DNA of 64,000 nt from Aureliella sp. (GCA_963691875.1 OY829846.1:1632001-1696000), one strand, 5' to 3'. Shown: positions 21,656 to 32,952, numbered from the stretch's first letter. Program-made: numbers and translations. Notes: generated by a model not told the origin, from the letters alone.

Positions 21656-22744
21656 ATGACGCAGGCACAACTCGGTGATCGTAGACTTCGGGCTGGATTT
21701 ACAGTGATCGAGCTCTGCGTGGTACTCCTTTGTATTGGCATGCTGGTGGCTCTGTTGCTTCCGATGACGAGGAATTCACGTGAAGCTGCTCGGCGAATGC
21801 AATGCCAGAATAACATCAAGCAGCTTGGGTTGGCTCTCCACAACTATGAATCTACTCATGGCTATTTCCCAGCAGCGATGGGCGGAACGGGAGCTGGTGA
21901 TACCGACTATGACGGGAATGCCAATCGGCTGAGCGGTTTTGTAGGGTTGCTACCGTTCATGGAGCAGACACCACTTTTTAGGAGGATTTCAAATCCGCTT
22001 ACTTCTGGCGCAACAACCTATCCGCCGATGGGCCCTGCTCCTTGGGTGCTCGAGTATGAGCCATGGAACAAGGCACTCCCCATGATGCTGTGCCCTTCAT
22101 ACGAAGGATTTGATAGACAAACATCACACCGTCAGTATGCGTTTTGCATCGGAGATGTTAGCGTTGAGTTGCACGCGTCAAAGAATCAGCGTGGTGCTTT
22201 CATGGCTGGGCGAAATACAACCTTGGCCAGCGTCGTAGACAAGTCAAATACGATCGCTGTGGCCGAAATCGGGCGGCATCTAAATATCGCCGTCAATCAG
22301 CCGTCTTCTATTTTGCGTTCGCCCAGCGAATGTTGGAACGCGTTTTCGGAACCCAACTCTGGATCTGACTTCCAGTCAAATGTAGAACGTTCTCAGTTTG
22401 CCCGAGGAAAGTTCTGGGCTGACGGAGCGGCGGGGCACGGGCTCTTCCAGACGGTTCTTCCACCGAATGCTCCTTCCTGCTCTGTTGGCGATGAGCATTC
22501 CGATGGACTTTTTTCTGCGGGCAGCTATCACTCAGCCGGAATCAATGTGGCGATGGTCGATGGTTCCGTGCAGTTTGTCAGCGAAAACATCGACACAGGT
22601 GATTTGTCTGCTGCCCCGCCAATTCTGACGTCTGAGGCCTCAACGCAGCCATTGAGTCCCTATGGCGTGTGGGGCGCCATGGGAGTAGCTCGAATGCATG
22701 CTACTGCGAAGTCGAAGCCCCGGGCAGCTCTACGTTCACTCTGA
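21656..22744 (+). CDS. DUF1559 prepilin-type (SBP_bac_10) protein
   Basis: GFTVIEL prepilin site, SREAARRMQCQNNIKQLGLALHNY, C-terminal SYHSAGINVAMVDGSV (H-X9-DG); GAGGAGG RBS. Confidence 0.92.
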   Translation: MTQAQLGDRRLRAGFTVIELCVVLLCIGMLVALLLPMTRNSREAARRMQCQNNIKQLGLALHNYESTHGYFPAAMGGTGAGDTDYDGNANRLSGFVGLLPFMEQTPLFRRISNPLTSGATTYPPMGPAPWVLEYEPWNKALPMMLCPSYEGFDRQTSHRQYAFCIGDVSVELHASKNQRGAFMAGRNTTLASVVDKSNTIAVAEIGRHLNIAVNQPSSILRSPSECWNAFSEPNSGSDFQSNVERSQFARGKFWADGAAGHGLFQTVLPPNAPSCSVGDEHSDGLFSAGSYHSAGINVAMVDGSVQFVSENIDTGDLSAAPPILTSEASTQPLSPYGVWGAMGVARMHATAKSKPRAALRSL

Positions 22745-23012
22745 TGTCGCCGAGGTGAAGTCTGCAAGACTTTAGGCATTCAATCATTGCATGAAATGCC
22801 CAAACTATGCCGGCGTCTGCGGCTGGGCGTTGAACGAGTAAACGCGAGTAAAGTCTCACTCACTTGCGTGCTGGAGTGTCGTGCTTTTACTGTCAAATCT
22901 CAGTTGAAATTCGGTTTCTTCAGAGATTCTTGAATCCGCTTCTAAGTGTCTCGCGAATACCACAGCACAGTCATCGCTGACTGTGGTAAACGCAACACAA
23001 ACACTTGGGAGA

Positions 23013-24185
23013 ATGATGATGAAGTCTGGATGGATAGTCTCTATTTCGCGCTACTGCACAGCTGGCTTGCTCGTGGCGACATTGGCTTGTGCTACGCAAG
23101 CAGCGGACATCGTAGAAACTGCGGTCAAGGCAAAGAATTTTGGCACTTTGGTCGCAGCTCTGAAAGCGACTGGCTTGGACAAAACCCTTTCTGGCAAAGG
23201 CAAGTTTACGGTCTTTGCTCCGACTGATGAAGCCTTCGCGAAACTGCCTAAGGGTACGGTGCAGACACTACTGAAACCCGAGAACAAGGACCGACTGGCC
23301 GCGATTCTGACATATCACGTCGTCCCTGCACAAATTACTGCGTCTGCGGCGATCAAAGTTGACTCAGCGTCAACGGTTCTCGGACAACGTTTGAACGTTT
23401 CCAGTGAGCTTGGCCGCCTGTCGATCAACGACGCGAAAGTGGTTGCGACGGACATCCAGTGCGACAACGGGATCATTCATGTCATCGACTCCGTGCTGCT
23501 GCCTGAAGAAAAGACGATTCCAGAAGTCGCCAAAGCCGCAAAGAGCTTCCAGACACTCTTGGCTGCGGTGACCGAAGCGGGGCTAGCGGAAACACTTGGC
23601 GGAGAGGGGCCTTTTACAGTATTTGCTCCCACTGACGAAGCCTTTGCAAAGCTTCCGCAGGGCACCGTCGAGGACTTGTTGAAGCCTGAGAACCGCAAGC
23701 AACTGACCAAGATCTTGACGTATCACGTTGTTGCCGGCCGCGTGTTCTCTGACCAAGTTGTCGATGCCAAGGAAGCCAAGACATTGAGTGGACAGTCAGT
23801 GAATATTTCGCTTGCTGCAACAGGCATCAAGATCAATGACGCCGTCCTACGAGCGGCTGATATCCAAGCAGCCAATGGCGTTATTCACATCATCGATGCA
23901 GTTTTGTTGCCCGAATCGTTAAACGCAGAGGCCACTTCAGACTTGCTGATCAACTCGGTTCGTACCGGAGCATCTGCCTTTAACAGCGGCGACTACCACC
24001 GCTGCTTTGAAGTCTATCAAAATGCTTGCAAGCGAATTGTCTCCGAAGGCGAAGAGTTGCCAGAAGAGGTGCCGGTTGTTCTTGAGATCGCACTAAAGCG
24101 AGCCAAGGAAAAGAAGAGTGAGCAAGAGAAGGCCTGGGTTCTGCGACACGGAATCGACTTGGCTTTCTACGCTCTCGAACACTAA
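23013..24185 (+). CDS. Secreted fasciclin (2x FAS1) protein with C-terminal helical domain
   Basis: Two copies of [15 protein letters not shown]...ILTYHVV...NGxIHxIDxVLLP; signal peptide. Confidence 0.92.
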   Translation: MMMKSGWIVSISRYCTAGLLVATLACATQAADIVETAVKAKNFGTLVAALKATGLDKTLSGKGKFTVFAPTDEAFAKLPKGTVQTLLKPENKDRLAAILTYHVVPAQITASAAIKVDSASTVLGQRLNVSSELGRLSINDAKVVATDIQCDNGIIHVIDSVLLPEEKTIPEVAKAAKSFQTLLAAVTEAGLAETLGGEGPFTVFAPTDEAFAKLPQGTVEDLLKPENRKQLTKILTYHVVAGRVFSDQVVDAKEAKTLSGQSVNISLAATGIKINDAVLRAADIQAANGVIHIIDAVLLPESLNAEATSDLLINSVRTGASAFNSGDYHRCFEVYQNACKRIVSEGEELPEEVPVVLEIALKRAKEKKSEQEKAWVLRHGIDLAFYALEH

Positions 24186-24191
24186 ACCTGC

Positions 24192-25430
24192 ATGGAGCTT
24201 CGAAAAGGAAATCTTGAGATGGGAAAAACACTTCTATACACGATTGTCGCACTCAGTTGCTCTGGTTCTACGAGCCTAGCTAGCAACAACACTGCGAAGA
24301 TGTCGACTGAACTCAGCAAGACGACTTCGTTATCCTCGAATTTGCAAACCACGCACGAACCATTGATTCAACTCGCCCTTCTGCTGGACACCAGCGGTTC
24401 CATGGAAGGCTTAATCGACCAAGCTCGCTGCCAACTATGGAACGTCGTCAGTGAGCTTGCAGAGGCAAGGCTTAACGGCGATCCGATCCGCTTGGAAATC
24501 GCGGTTTATCAATACGGCACCGACTCCATTGCCAAGTCGAAAGGCTGCTTACGTCAGATCACGGCCTTCACAGAAGATTTGGACGAAGTTTCGCGTGGCC
24601 TATTCTCGTTAAAAGTGGGCGGCGGCGACGAGTTCTGCGGACAAGTCATCGAGAGTGCTGTCGAAGGGCTTTCTTGGAGCGAGAATCCTGGCGTCTACAA
24701 AGCCGTCTTCATTGCTGGAAACGAGAGCTTTGACCAAGGGGACACCACCGTTGGTGGCTTGCTACCGCAGCTGAGGAGCAAGGCAGTTTTTCTGAACACG
24801 GTTTTCTGCGGCACTAAATATGGCGGCCAGAACCAATGGGCCTTGGCGGCAAAGATTGCGGACGGAAACGCAGCAATGATCGACCACAATCACCACTTGC
24901 CAGCTATGCCCACGCCCTTCGACGCGAAAATGCGTCAGCTAAACGACGAGATGAATGCAACTTTCGTCTGGTACGGCAAGGACCAGGGCAAGGCAAAGAA
25001 GAACCAGGCCAAGCAGGATGAGAACGCGGAGGAGATGTCGGATCACGCGTTTGCCGCTCGGATGTCGACCAAGATTGGTCACCTTTATCATCACGTGGAG
25101 TATGACTTGGTCGATGCCTTAATGCACAAGCACGTGGATCTTGCGAAAATGCCAGAAGAAAAAATGCCCACGGAGCTACAGGCGAAATCACCGAGCGATC
25201 GGATGGCGTTCATGGATGAGATGATCAGTCGGCGAAAGAGTGTTCGACGACGGATGGCAGATCTACTTTCGCAACGCCATCGATTCTTGGAAAACGAGTA
25301 CTTGAAGAAGAACTCTGCTGGAAAGACAGTTCTCGGAGATGCTTTGTCTAATGCAATCAAGCAGCAAGCGGGCACTTTGAACTACCAGTTCGAGGAAGGA
25401 GGCGAGAAAGTCGCACTGGGCACCAAATAG
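24192..25430 (+). CDS. Secreted vWA-domain protein
   Basis: MIDAS motif LLLDTSGSM, GGDEFCGQVI, FIAGNESF; starts 6 nt after the FAS1 gene. Confidence 0.85.
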   Translation: MELRKGNLEMGKTLLYTIVALSCSGSTSLASNNTAKMSTELSKTTSLSSNLQTTHEPLIQLALLLDTSGSMEGLIDQARCQLWNVVSELAEARLNGDPIRLEIAVYQYGTDSIAKSKGCLRQITAFTEDLDEVSRGLFSLKVGGGDEFCGQVIESAVEGLSWSENPGVYKAVFIAGNESFDQGDTTVGGLLPQLRSKAVFLNTVFCGTKYGGQNQWALAAKIADGNAAMIDHNHHLPAMPTPFDAKMRQLNDEMNATFVWYGKDQGKAKKNQAKQDENAEEMSDHAFAARMSTKIGHLYHHVEYDLVDALMHKHVDLAKMPEEKMPTELQAKSPSDRMAFMDEMISRRKSVRRRMADLLSQRHRFLENEYLKKNSAGKTVLGDALSNAIKQQAGTLNYQFEEGGEKVALGTK

Positions 25431-25674
25431 AGCTTCACGTGAAGTAACACCAATTTCGACTGACATTTCCACTGTGCAACTGACAGCCGCATTTGCCAGA
25501 CGACATTCCTGGCAACTTGCTAGCTGCGAAACCTCGCAGCGAGTGCTAGCGATTGCACAACCATGTCCGCTGAATAGCACTCTCCCCAGCACTATATGCC
25601 GCCTCATTATTCGACACGATGACTGGCAACGGGGTCCTGGCTGATGTAGCTGCAAGAGAAGTTCAAAACATCAC

Positions 25675-25712
25675 AAGTCGACACCTGCCGCGAGCAGGTG
25701 TCGGCTTTTTTA
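25675..25712 (+). terminator. Strong Rho-independent terminator
   Basis: AAGTCGACACCTGC-cgcga-GCAGGTGTCGGCTT stem followed by a T-run. Confidence 0.75.
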
Positions 25713-25962
25713 TGTCTATTGCCAATCAAGGTAACTCGAAAGAAGGTTTGATCGATACAAAAACGTCATGTCTGTCGATGCTAGCGGAAACCGAGTTGAT
25801 CTTACGGCAGCGGAACGCGAGTAAGTAATCCGACGCCTACCAAGCCTGCTCGAAGGACTCGCCATGGTAACGGAAGTCCGTGAGGCCACAGCAGCATTCA
25901 ACTTGGAGGCAATTCTTTTCGATTAGAATGGGAGCATATCCCCGACCTCAATCCAAGGTAAT

Positions 25963-27372
25963 TTGATGCCCAGCCCCTTGCTTCTACCTCTTATTCTCGC
26001 TTTTCTCTGCAGTATGGCAGCGAGTGCTTCGGCGTCTGATCGGCCCAACGTGGTTCTGATTTACATCGACGATTTAGGTTATGGAGATGTCGGTGCTTAT
26101 GGCTGTACCGACATTCCCACGCCGAATATTGATCGCTTAGCAAAGGAAGGTGTGCGATGTACCGCTTCGTACATCACCAATCCGCCTTGCTGCCCGAGTC
26201 GTTGCGCATTGATGATGGGGCAATATGCTCAGCGTTTCGGCAAATATGGCATGTCGCGAGGATTGCCGATCCCTGAAGATCGTCCGACTCTGGCGAAGTA
26301 CATGACAGAGCAAGGATATGCGACGGGGCAGATCGGCAAGTGGGACATCGGCACCAAGCTGCAGACTCCTCTTCGGGTCGGATTCATGGAAGTTGCCAAA
26401 ACTCCACCTAAGAAGAAATACTCTAAAGTCGAGCTCGACAAAATGCCCCAGGCAATCGCAAAGTCTTTGAAGAGCAAAGGCGGGAAGTCGAAGTACTTCT
26501 GCAAGGACTCCGATGGCAAAACCGTGTGGCAGACCGACTACGATGGCGACATGATGGTCGATTTTATTGAGCGACACCGTGAAGAGCCTTTTTTCTTATA
26601 CTGGTCGCCTGAGGCTGTGCACTCATCGAACAAAGAAGTGCCAGAGCGTCTGACAAGTAGAACGACTGCTCCTCCCAAGCGCCGCAAGCTGGCGGGAGCC
26701 ATTGTGTCGGTCGACGATCAAATCGGAAAGCTGTTGGCGACTTTGGAAAAGTTTGATTTGCGCAAGAACACACTCATCATTTTCACCAGCGACAATGGCG
26801 CAAACGGAGGCGAAGGTGGTTCGTCAGATCCCTATCGTGGTGGCAAAGGTGCTGGCACACAGCAAGAGGGCTGGGTGCGCGTCCCAACAATTTTCTCTTG
26901 GCCTGGCAATGTACCACAGGCAAAACAATACGATGAGTTGATAGCGAACTTCGACTTCTACTCAACGATCACGGCTAACACAAGCGGAGTGGTTCCAAGC
27001 CACTGCGATGGAGTGGATCTCTTGCCTTTCTTTCGGGGCGAGCAAGAGGCCCCCCCGCATGAGTATCTTTTCTGGCTGAATAACCAACCAGACGATGCCG
27101 TGCGCCGCCATTTGATCGCCGTGCGATGGCAAGACTGGCGGCTGTATCGCAAGTACGAAAAAGATTCGTGGCAGCTGTTTGACTTGAAGTCCGATCCACG
27201 CGAGCTGAAAGACATTGCAACTGAAAACGCGGAGATAGTAAAGGAGCTTGCCAGTCGCCATGCGGAGTGGGCTAGTACGCTTGTTCCGTTGGTTGAGGTA
27301 CCTAGGACCGACGGCGAGGGTTCGGCTATTCCCACCGGACACGGTTGGGCCCGCGCGAAGGCAGGCCGTTGA
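25963..27372 (+). CDS. Sulfatase (S1, Cys-type FGly motif)
   Basis: PNVVLIYIDDLGYGD, CCPSR, GKWD, FTSDNG; signal peptide. Confidence 0.92.
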   Translation: MMPSPLLLPLILAFLCSMAASASASDRPNVVLIYIDDLGYGDVGAYGCTDIPTPNIDRLAKEGVRCTASYITNPPCCPSRCALMMGQYAQRFGKYGMSRGLPIPEDRPTLAKYMTEQGYATGQIGKWDIGTKLQTPLRVGFMEVAKTPPKKKYSKVELDKMPQAIAKSLKSKGGKSKYFCKDSDGKTVWQTDYDGDMMVDFIERHREEPFFLYWSPEAVHSSNKEVPERLTSRTTAPPKRRKLAGAIVSVDDQIGKLLATLEKFDLRKNTLIIFTSDNGANGGEGGSSDPYRGGKGAGTQQEGWVRVPTIFSWPGNVPQAKQYDELIANFDFYSTITANTSGVVPSHCDGVDLLPFFRGEQEAPPHEYLFWLNNQPDDAVRRHLIAVRWQDWRLYRKYEKDSWQLFDLKSDPRELKDIATENAEIVKELASRHAEWASTLVPLVEVPRTDGEGSAIPTGHGWARAKAGR

Positions 27373-27495
27373 TCACCGCCGCGCTGGTTCGGCGCAGTTC
27401 GCTCGCAGACAATAAGCAAGATGCCAATGTCGCTCCTTCATCCTGATACAATGAGCGGGCATTTGCCCCGATCCTACTCCCGCCGAATCGAATCC

Positions 27496-28971
27496 ATGAT
27501 GCGCGACATATTTCGAATCCTCTGCGTAGCGTTACTCTTAGCCTTATTTATCCGTCCAGATTGTGGACTAGCTGCTGAACCAGCTCGGCCGAACATTCTG
27601 GTCATTCTCTGTGACGATCTCGGCTGGGGTGACTTAGAGAATTACGGTCATCCATCGATCAAGACGCCCAATCTCATGAAGATGGCCGCAGAGGGAATTC
27701 AATTCTCCGATTTCTACTCAGCTGCACCCGTATGCTCACCTTCGCGAGTTGGATTGCTGACAGGACGAATGCCTAATCGAGCCGGAGTTTACGACTGGAT
27801 TCCGGCGGCGAATCCAAACAATGTCAAGAATTCTCGAGCATTTGTGGAGATGCGCAAGGAGGAGTTCACCATTCCGCGGATGCTAAAACAGGCTGGTTAC
27901 GCGACTTGCATGAGCGGCAAATGGCATTGCAACGCGATGTTCAACTCCAAGGAGCAAGCCCAGCCTGGCGATCACGGCTTTGATCACTGGTTCGCCACAC
28001 AAAACAACGCTGCACCCTCTCACGAAAATCCAAGCAATTTTGTGCGCAATGGAGAAGAAGTTGGCAAGCTGGAAGGTTTTAGCTGCCAATTGGTGGCTGC
28101 CGAGTTTATTGGTTGGCTTCGAACGCACCAAGAGGAGAATCCCAAGCAACCATTCTTCGGATATGTCGCATATCACGAACCGCATGAACCGGTTGCCTCG
28201 CCATCTGATTTAGTACATAGGCACGAGCAGGGCGACGCACGAAACCGGGATGAAGCTCACTACTTCGCAAATGTTGAGAATCTCGACGCTGCGACCGGGA
28301 GACTGCTGAAGGCCTTGAAGGACTTGGGTTACACCGAAAACACCTTGGTGATCTTCACGTCGGACAACGGCCCTGAAACATTGAATCGATATCGCAGCGC
28401 TAACCGCAGCTACGGGACACCTGGACCGCTGCGAGGAATGAAACTTCACACTCATGAGGCCGGGTATCGTGTCGCGGGGATCATGCGTTGGCCAAAGGGT
28501 ATCAAGCCCGGGCAAAAGTCTGCTACACCTGTTTGCTCCCTAGATTTCTTGCCGACCTTCGCGCAAATGGCTGGCACAGAATTACCGGAAGACTTAATTT
28601 TGGACGGAGCGAACTTCTTGCCTGCACTCTCTGGCGGCGAAATACTGCGAGAGAAGCCTTTAATGTGGGTCTACTATCACTCGTACACGGGGAAGAAGTA
28701 CGTTCCTTCGCTTTCGATGCGGGATGGTAATCTAAAAGTCAGAGCTCTGCTTGAGGGTTTCCCCTCCAACGCGCAAGTGGATCAGAGCAACGTAGACAAA
28801 GTGCGAGCAGCGAAACTGATTGACTTCGAGTTGTACGATCTCAGCAAAGATCCCAGTGAAAAAATGGCTATCCCTCTCGAAGAAAGCAGTCTGCCAGAAC
28901 GGATGCGTGAGCATTACAGAGCTGCGTTAGAAACCTTCCATGTTTGGCCCGTGCACCAAGAGTCGAAGTAA
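27496..28971 (+). CDS. Arylsulfatase (S1)
   Basis: PNILVILCDDLGWGD, CSPSRVGLLTG, GKWH, FTSDNG. Confidence 0.93.
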   Translation: MMRDIFRILCVALLLALFIRPDCGLAAEPARPNILVILCDDLGWGDLENYGHPSIKTPNLMKMAAEGIQFSDFYSAAPVCSPSRVGLLTGRMPNRAGVYDWIPAANPNNVKNSRAFVEMRKEEFTIPRMLKQAGYATCMSGKWHCNAMFNSKEQAQPGDHGFDHWFATQNNAAPSHENPSNFVRNGEEVGKLEGFSCQLVAAEFIGWLRTHQEENPKQPFFGYVAYHEPHEPVASPSDLVHRHEQGDARNRDEAHYFANVENLDAATGRLLKALKDLGYTENTLVIFTSDNGPETLNRYRSANRSYGTPGPLRGMKLHTHEAGYRVAGIMRWPKGIKPGQKSATPVCSLDFLPTFAQMAGTELPEDLILDGANFLPALSGGEILREKPLMWVYYHSYTGKKYVPSLSMRDGNLKVRALLEGFPSNAQVDQSNVDKVRAAKLIDFELYDLSKDPSEKMAIPLEESSLPERMREHYRAALETFHVWPVHQESK

Positions 28972-28978
28972 CCGATTA

Positions 28979-30856
28979 ATGAAGATTTTCCTTTTCGCAT
29001 TACTGCTGTTGGTCGGCGGCATCGCGGCACAGGCATCCGATCGGCCCAATGTCCTTTTCATCATCGTCGATGATTTGAACGACATGCCTTTGCACCCGCA
29101 AGGCAAACCCTATGTACCGACACCGAATTTCGATCGCCTAGCCAAGCGAGGTGTGAGCTTCACCAACGCTCACTGCAACGATCCAATCTGTGCTCCTTCG
29201 CGTTCCAGTATGCTGACAGGACTCTATCCGCAGACGTCGAGTCTCTATTGGTTCGAAGACTACCGTCAAAATGCGATTCTGAGTCGAGCGGTTACTCTAA
29301 CTGAACACCTCGCCACAAACGGCTACGACGTATTTGGCGTCGGCAAGATCTACCACGGGAACCAAGATCCAAAGCGTTTCTATACCCAGAGGGGGCCGGG
29401 CGGAAATATTGGTCCTTGGCCCTGGGATGGCACGAAAACCAATAGACGAGGTTTTCTTCCGCATCCGCAGCAGTTGTATTTCTATGCCGACGATGCAGAT
29501 CCCGATATGGACTACAAATGGGAACACACATTCGGTCCGATCAGTCGCATTCCAAGTTATCCTGCAGATCCGGACGGGGACGTTCCCGGCTACACGGGGT
29601 GGCGATTGTCTGGAAAGCCGTGGCGTTATGCCTCGGAGGAAGACCGCGACTTTATGCCAGACGAAACAAATGCAGCTTGGACAGCCAAAGTGCTAGGGCA
29701 AAATCACGAACAGCCATTTGCCATGTTCACCGGATTCAGCCGCACACATACGCCACTCTATGCACCGCAAAAGTATTTCGACAAGTTTCCGCTTGATGAG
29801 ATCGAAATTCCCGAGTGTTACTTGAAAGGCGATTTAGAAGACTGTGCACCAAGTCTGGCCAACACTAGTCTTTATGCTTTTCGTCGCTACCGGATGCTCT
29901 TCAAGCATTCAGCTCAGCCAGAACTCTACAAGCAATGGCTTCAGGCTTACATGGCCTGCGTAGCGTTTGTTGACGATCAAGTCGGGACCGTCTTGGATGC
30001 CTTAGAAGCTAGTCCGCATGCCGACAATACGATAGTCATTTTGACGAGTGATCACGGCTTCCACGTTGGTGGAAAGAATGCGTTGTACAAACAAACTCTC
30101 TGGGACAGTGGAACTCGCATTCCGTTCATCGTAGCAGGACTCGATGGCGTGCCGGAGGGAGTGACTTGCGATCAGCCGATTTCCTTGATCGACGTTTACC
30201 CAACTTTCATCGACCTTTGTGGGTTGCCAGAAGCACCGCACCAAGGAAGATTGGGCTATCCGCTCGACGGTCACAGCCTCAAGCCTCTAATTGAGAACCC
30301 AAAGGCCAAATGGTCCGGACCCGAAGTAGCCATTACCGCACTGCCCGGCAAAGATCACAGTCAACACCGAGAGCACCTCGGGACCCTCTATCCGCACTTT
30401 TCGGTTCGGGCTAAAGATTGGAGATACAGTCTGACTTCAGATGGACAAGAGGAATTGTACCGCTATTCAACGGACCCGTACGAGTTCACCAATCTCGCCG
30501 GAAAGGCAGAGTTTGCGGACATAAAAAATTCGCTGCGAGAGCAACTCATTTTACTGCGAGATGGGAGTCGTTGGAGACAAATGGACTCGTTGCCAGGCCA
30601 ACGAATTGGCGGATTTGAGCTGCAAGGTGAATGGAAAGGTAAAGGCTCCCTCAGACAGGCCGATTCGCTATTGGTCAAATTGGACGAGCCTGATTGGACA
30701 CCAATCCGAGTCCGCTTGGCGGGGAAGCGGTGTCAAGTATGGCTAAACAACAGAGTGCACTCTAACACGTCCTCAGAAGTCGAGTACCCGCAAGGCAAAC
30801 TACAGTTGCGATCGGGCGAATTGCGCAACCTAAAGCTTCAAAGGCTGACGCCCTGA
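28979..30856 (+). CDS. Sulfatase (iduronate/choline sulfatase-like) with short C-terminal DUF1080-like beta domain
   Basis: PNVLFIIVDDLN, CAPSRSSMLTG, GKIYH, TSDHGFH; C-terminal ELQGEWK...VWLNN...GKLQL...RNLKL. Confidence 0.9.
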   Translation: MKIFLFALLLLVGGIAAQASDRPNVLFIIVDDLNDMPLHPQGKPYVPTPNFDRLAKRGVSFTNAHCNDPICAPSRSSMLTGLYPQTSSLYWFEDYRQNAILSRAVTLTEHLATNGYDVFGVGKIYHGNQDPKRFYTQRGPGGNIGPWPWDGTKTNRRGFLPHPQQLYFYADDADPDMDYKWEHTFGPISRIPSYPADPDGDVPGYTGWRLSGKPWRYASEEDRDFMPDETNAAWTAKVLGQNHEQPFAMFTGFSRTHTPLYAPQKYFDKFPLDEIEIPECYLKGDLEDCAPSLANTSLYAFRRYRMLFKHSAQPELYKQWLQAYMACVAFVDDQVGTVLDALEASPHADNTIVILTSDHGFHVGGKNALYKQTLWDSGTRIPFIVAGLDGVPEGVTCDQPISLIDVYPTFIDLCGLPEAPHQGRLGYPLDGHSLKPLIENPKAKWSGPEVAITALPGKDHSQHREHLGTLYPHFSVRAKDWRYSLTSDGQEELYRYSTDPYEFTNLAGKAEFADIKNSLREQLILLRDGSRWRQMDSLPGQRIGGFELQGEWKGKGSLRQADSLLVKLDEPDWTPIRVRLAGKRCQVWLNNRVHSNTSSEVEYPQGKLQLRSGELRNLKLQRLTP

Positions 30857-30894
30857 GCGAAGTAGACCGCTGTATCTGAAACTGGCAAAGCAAT

Positions 30895-31887
30895 ATGGCA
30901 AGCTTGATAGGACGTCTTACATTGAGAGTTAAACGCACATTGAATTTCGCTTTTTTCCTATTATTTTTATTTTCGCTTTATACGAGTGCCCACGCTGCTG
31001 ATCCCTATGCAATCGTGTTGGGAACCGCGCAGGACGGGGGATTTCCTCAAGCAGGATGTAGTAAGAAATGCTGTGCGACGGCTTGGAAGGACATTACCAA
31101 ACGGCGTTTTGTTTCATGCGTCGCCATCGTCGATCCAGACAGCGGACAGCGATGGATGCTTGATTGCACTCCTGATTTTCGCGACCAGCTACGTCTGTTA
31201 GATCAGGCTCAGCCAAAGCGTGCGGATGGTCCATTACTAGACGGCATTTTTCCGACTCATGCACATGTGGGACACTACACCGGATTGATGATGCTGGGGC
31301 GAGAAGTACTCGGAGCGCAATCTGTTCCGGTCTACGCGATGCCTAAAATGAAGTATTTTCTGGAGAGCAATGGCCCTTGGAGTCAGTTGGTGAAGTTAAA
31401 CCAGATCGAAGTAAAGCGTCTTGCGGCAGGCCAGGCGTCAAGACTCAATGAGCGAATTACCATTACTCCGTTCCTAGTACCTCACCGCGACGAATTTTCT
31501 GAAACAGTCGGTTTCATCGTGACGGGCCCCCATGCCAAACTTGCCTATTTGCCAGATATCGATAAGTGGGAACGATGGGAGGTGAAGATAGAGTCGCTGA
31601 TCGCTGATGTAGACCATGCCTTATTAGACGGAACCTTTTTCGACTCTAACGAGTTGCCGGGCCGGGACATGTCGGAGATCCCACATCCCTTTGTTCAGGA
31701 GAGTTTGGGGAGGTTTGCGACACTAGAATCGACGGAGCGCCAAAAAGTGCAGTTCATCCACTTGAACCATTCGAACCCGCTCTTACACGCTAAAAGTGAA
31801 GCTCGAGCGACAGTTCAGAATGCTGGATCTCGGCTCGCTCGTCAATGGAATCCACGCACTCCGCAGCTAGCGAGAATCCGCCTTTAG
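30895..31887 (+). CDS. PqqB-like metallo-beta-lactamase-fold hydrolase
   Basis: LGTAQDGGFPQAGC, THAHVGHY, VPHRDEFSET, LDGTFF, FIHLNHSNP. Confidence 0.85.
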   Translation: MASLIGRLTLRVKRTLNFAFFLLFLFSLYTSAHAADPYAIVLGTAQDGGFPQAGCSKKCCATAWKDITKRRFVSCVAIVDPDSGQRWMLDCTPDFRDQLRLLDQAQPKRADGPLLDGIFPTHAHVGHYTGLMMLGREVLGAQSVPVYAMPKMKYFLESNGPWSQLVKLNQIEVKRLAAGQASRLNERITITPFLVPHRDEFSETVGFIVTGPHAKLAYLPDIDKWERWEVKIESLIADVDHALLDGTFFDSNELPGRDMSEIPHPFVQESLGRFATLESTERQKVQFIHLNHSNPLLHAKSEARATVQNAGSRLARQWNPRTPQLARIRL

Positions 31888-32952
31888 CCCAGCTCGTGAT
31901 GCTGATCTAGGCTCACCCGCGACGAGCTCGCAGTACTGCATGACATTTCGATGCGCTGCGGAGTGAGCGCGAAGAGTCTCGTGCCCCCTCTGACAAGCTC
32001 CCATCTGGCGGCAACCAGTGAATCTCGCTGATAGAGAGGCGAATTTTCGTAATCGCGTGACCAATTCCGGTGCCCTGGTAGACATGATCGTGGACATCTC
32101 CAGAGATTGTATGTCCTTGCCCTACAATTGCACCAAGCAGGAAGAAGCTGGCACACCTTCAGATCCTAGATCTTTGTGAACCGATTGAACCAGAAGATTC
32201 CGATGGTCTTCCAGCCCAACCAGCGTCAGCAAATGGAAGAGCCAAGAAATTCCGTGACAACGAGAATTTGAATTGGCTTTCCAAAACCTAGTTCCGTCAC
32301 GAGTATGACGCCAAGGACAATCCAATACTCAAGAAGGTCAAGCGAAGCTTCAATACAGCCAGGAGCAAAGTAAAGGGTTCTTGATTCCTATTTTGAGCTT
32401 CTAGATATTAGCGATCGCAGAAGAACTTATCTCATAGCAGTGAAGAGAAAAGAATCATAGGCGCCCCCGGTCTGTCAGCGAAACTGCTTCGTCTTGGCGA
32501 CTACACGCACGAAGGAGTATTGCAGCTCATCGACGGCGATAGTGTCGAAAAGCCGTATGCAGCAATTGCTTTGCGAGGCCAATTCTCGTTTGCGACTTCT
32601 GTTTAACGGTTCAAGTATGAATTAGATTGCTCGCTTGCGAAGCGACGAGTTCCGAAACCAAAGTAGAAAAGTCGTCGAAAGTCTGGGTTGTGCAAACAAT
32701 CGTCGGCTTCTTGCGTTTTTAGGACTCCCATTTTGTAATGAGATGGGCTATCGAGTATCGGACTTTCGAACCGCTCTATAACTCACCGGCTTGTCTCCTA
32801 ACGCATCCTTGACTCAATAAGTACGCCCTTGAGTTTGTTCACGTCGGAAGGCTTCTTTTCGATTTTTCGCGAGTAGGTTTTGTTCGCTTAGCCTGCCTCC
32901 TACCTGGGCATCTCCGTTTGACTAACTCACCATTCTATTGGAGAGCTTCAAT

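Noticed and set aside
30895..31887. Calling this gene pqqB (PQQ biosynthesis)
   Set aside because: No other pqq genes are adjacent and it has an export-like leader, so only the fold-level call is supported.
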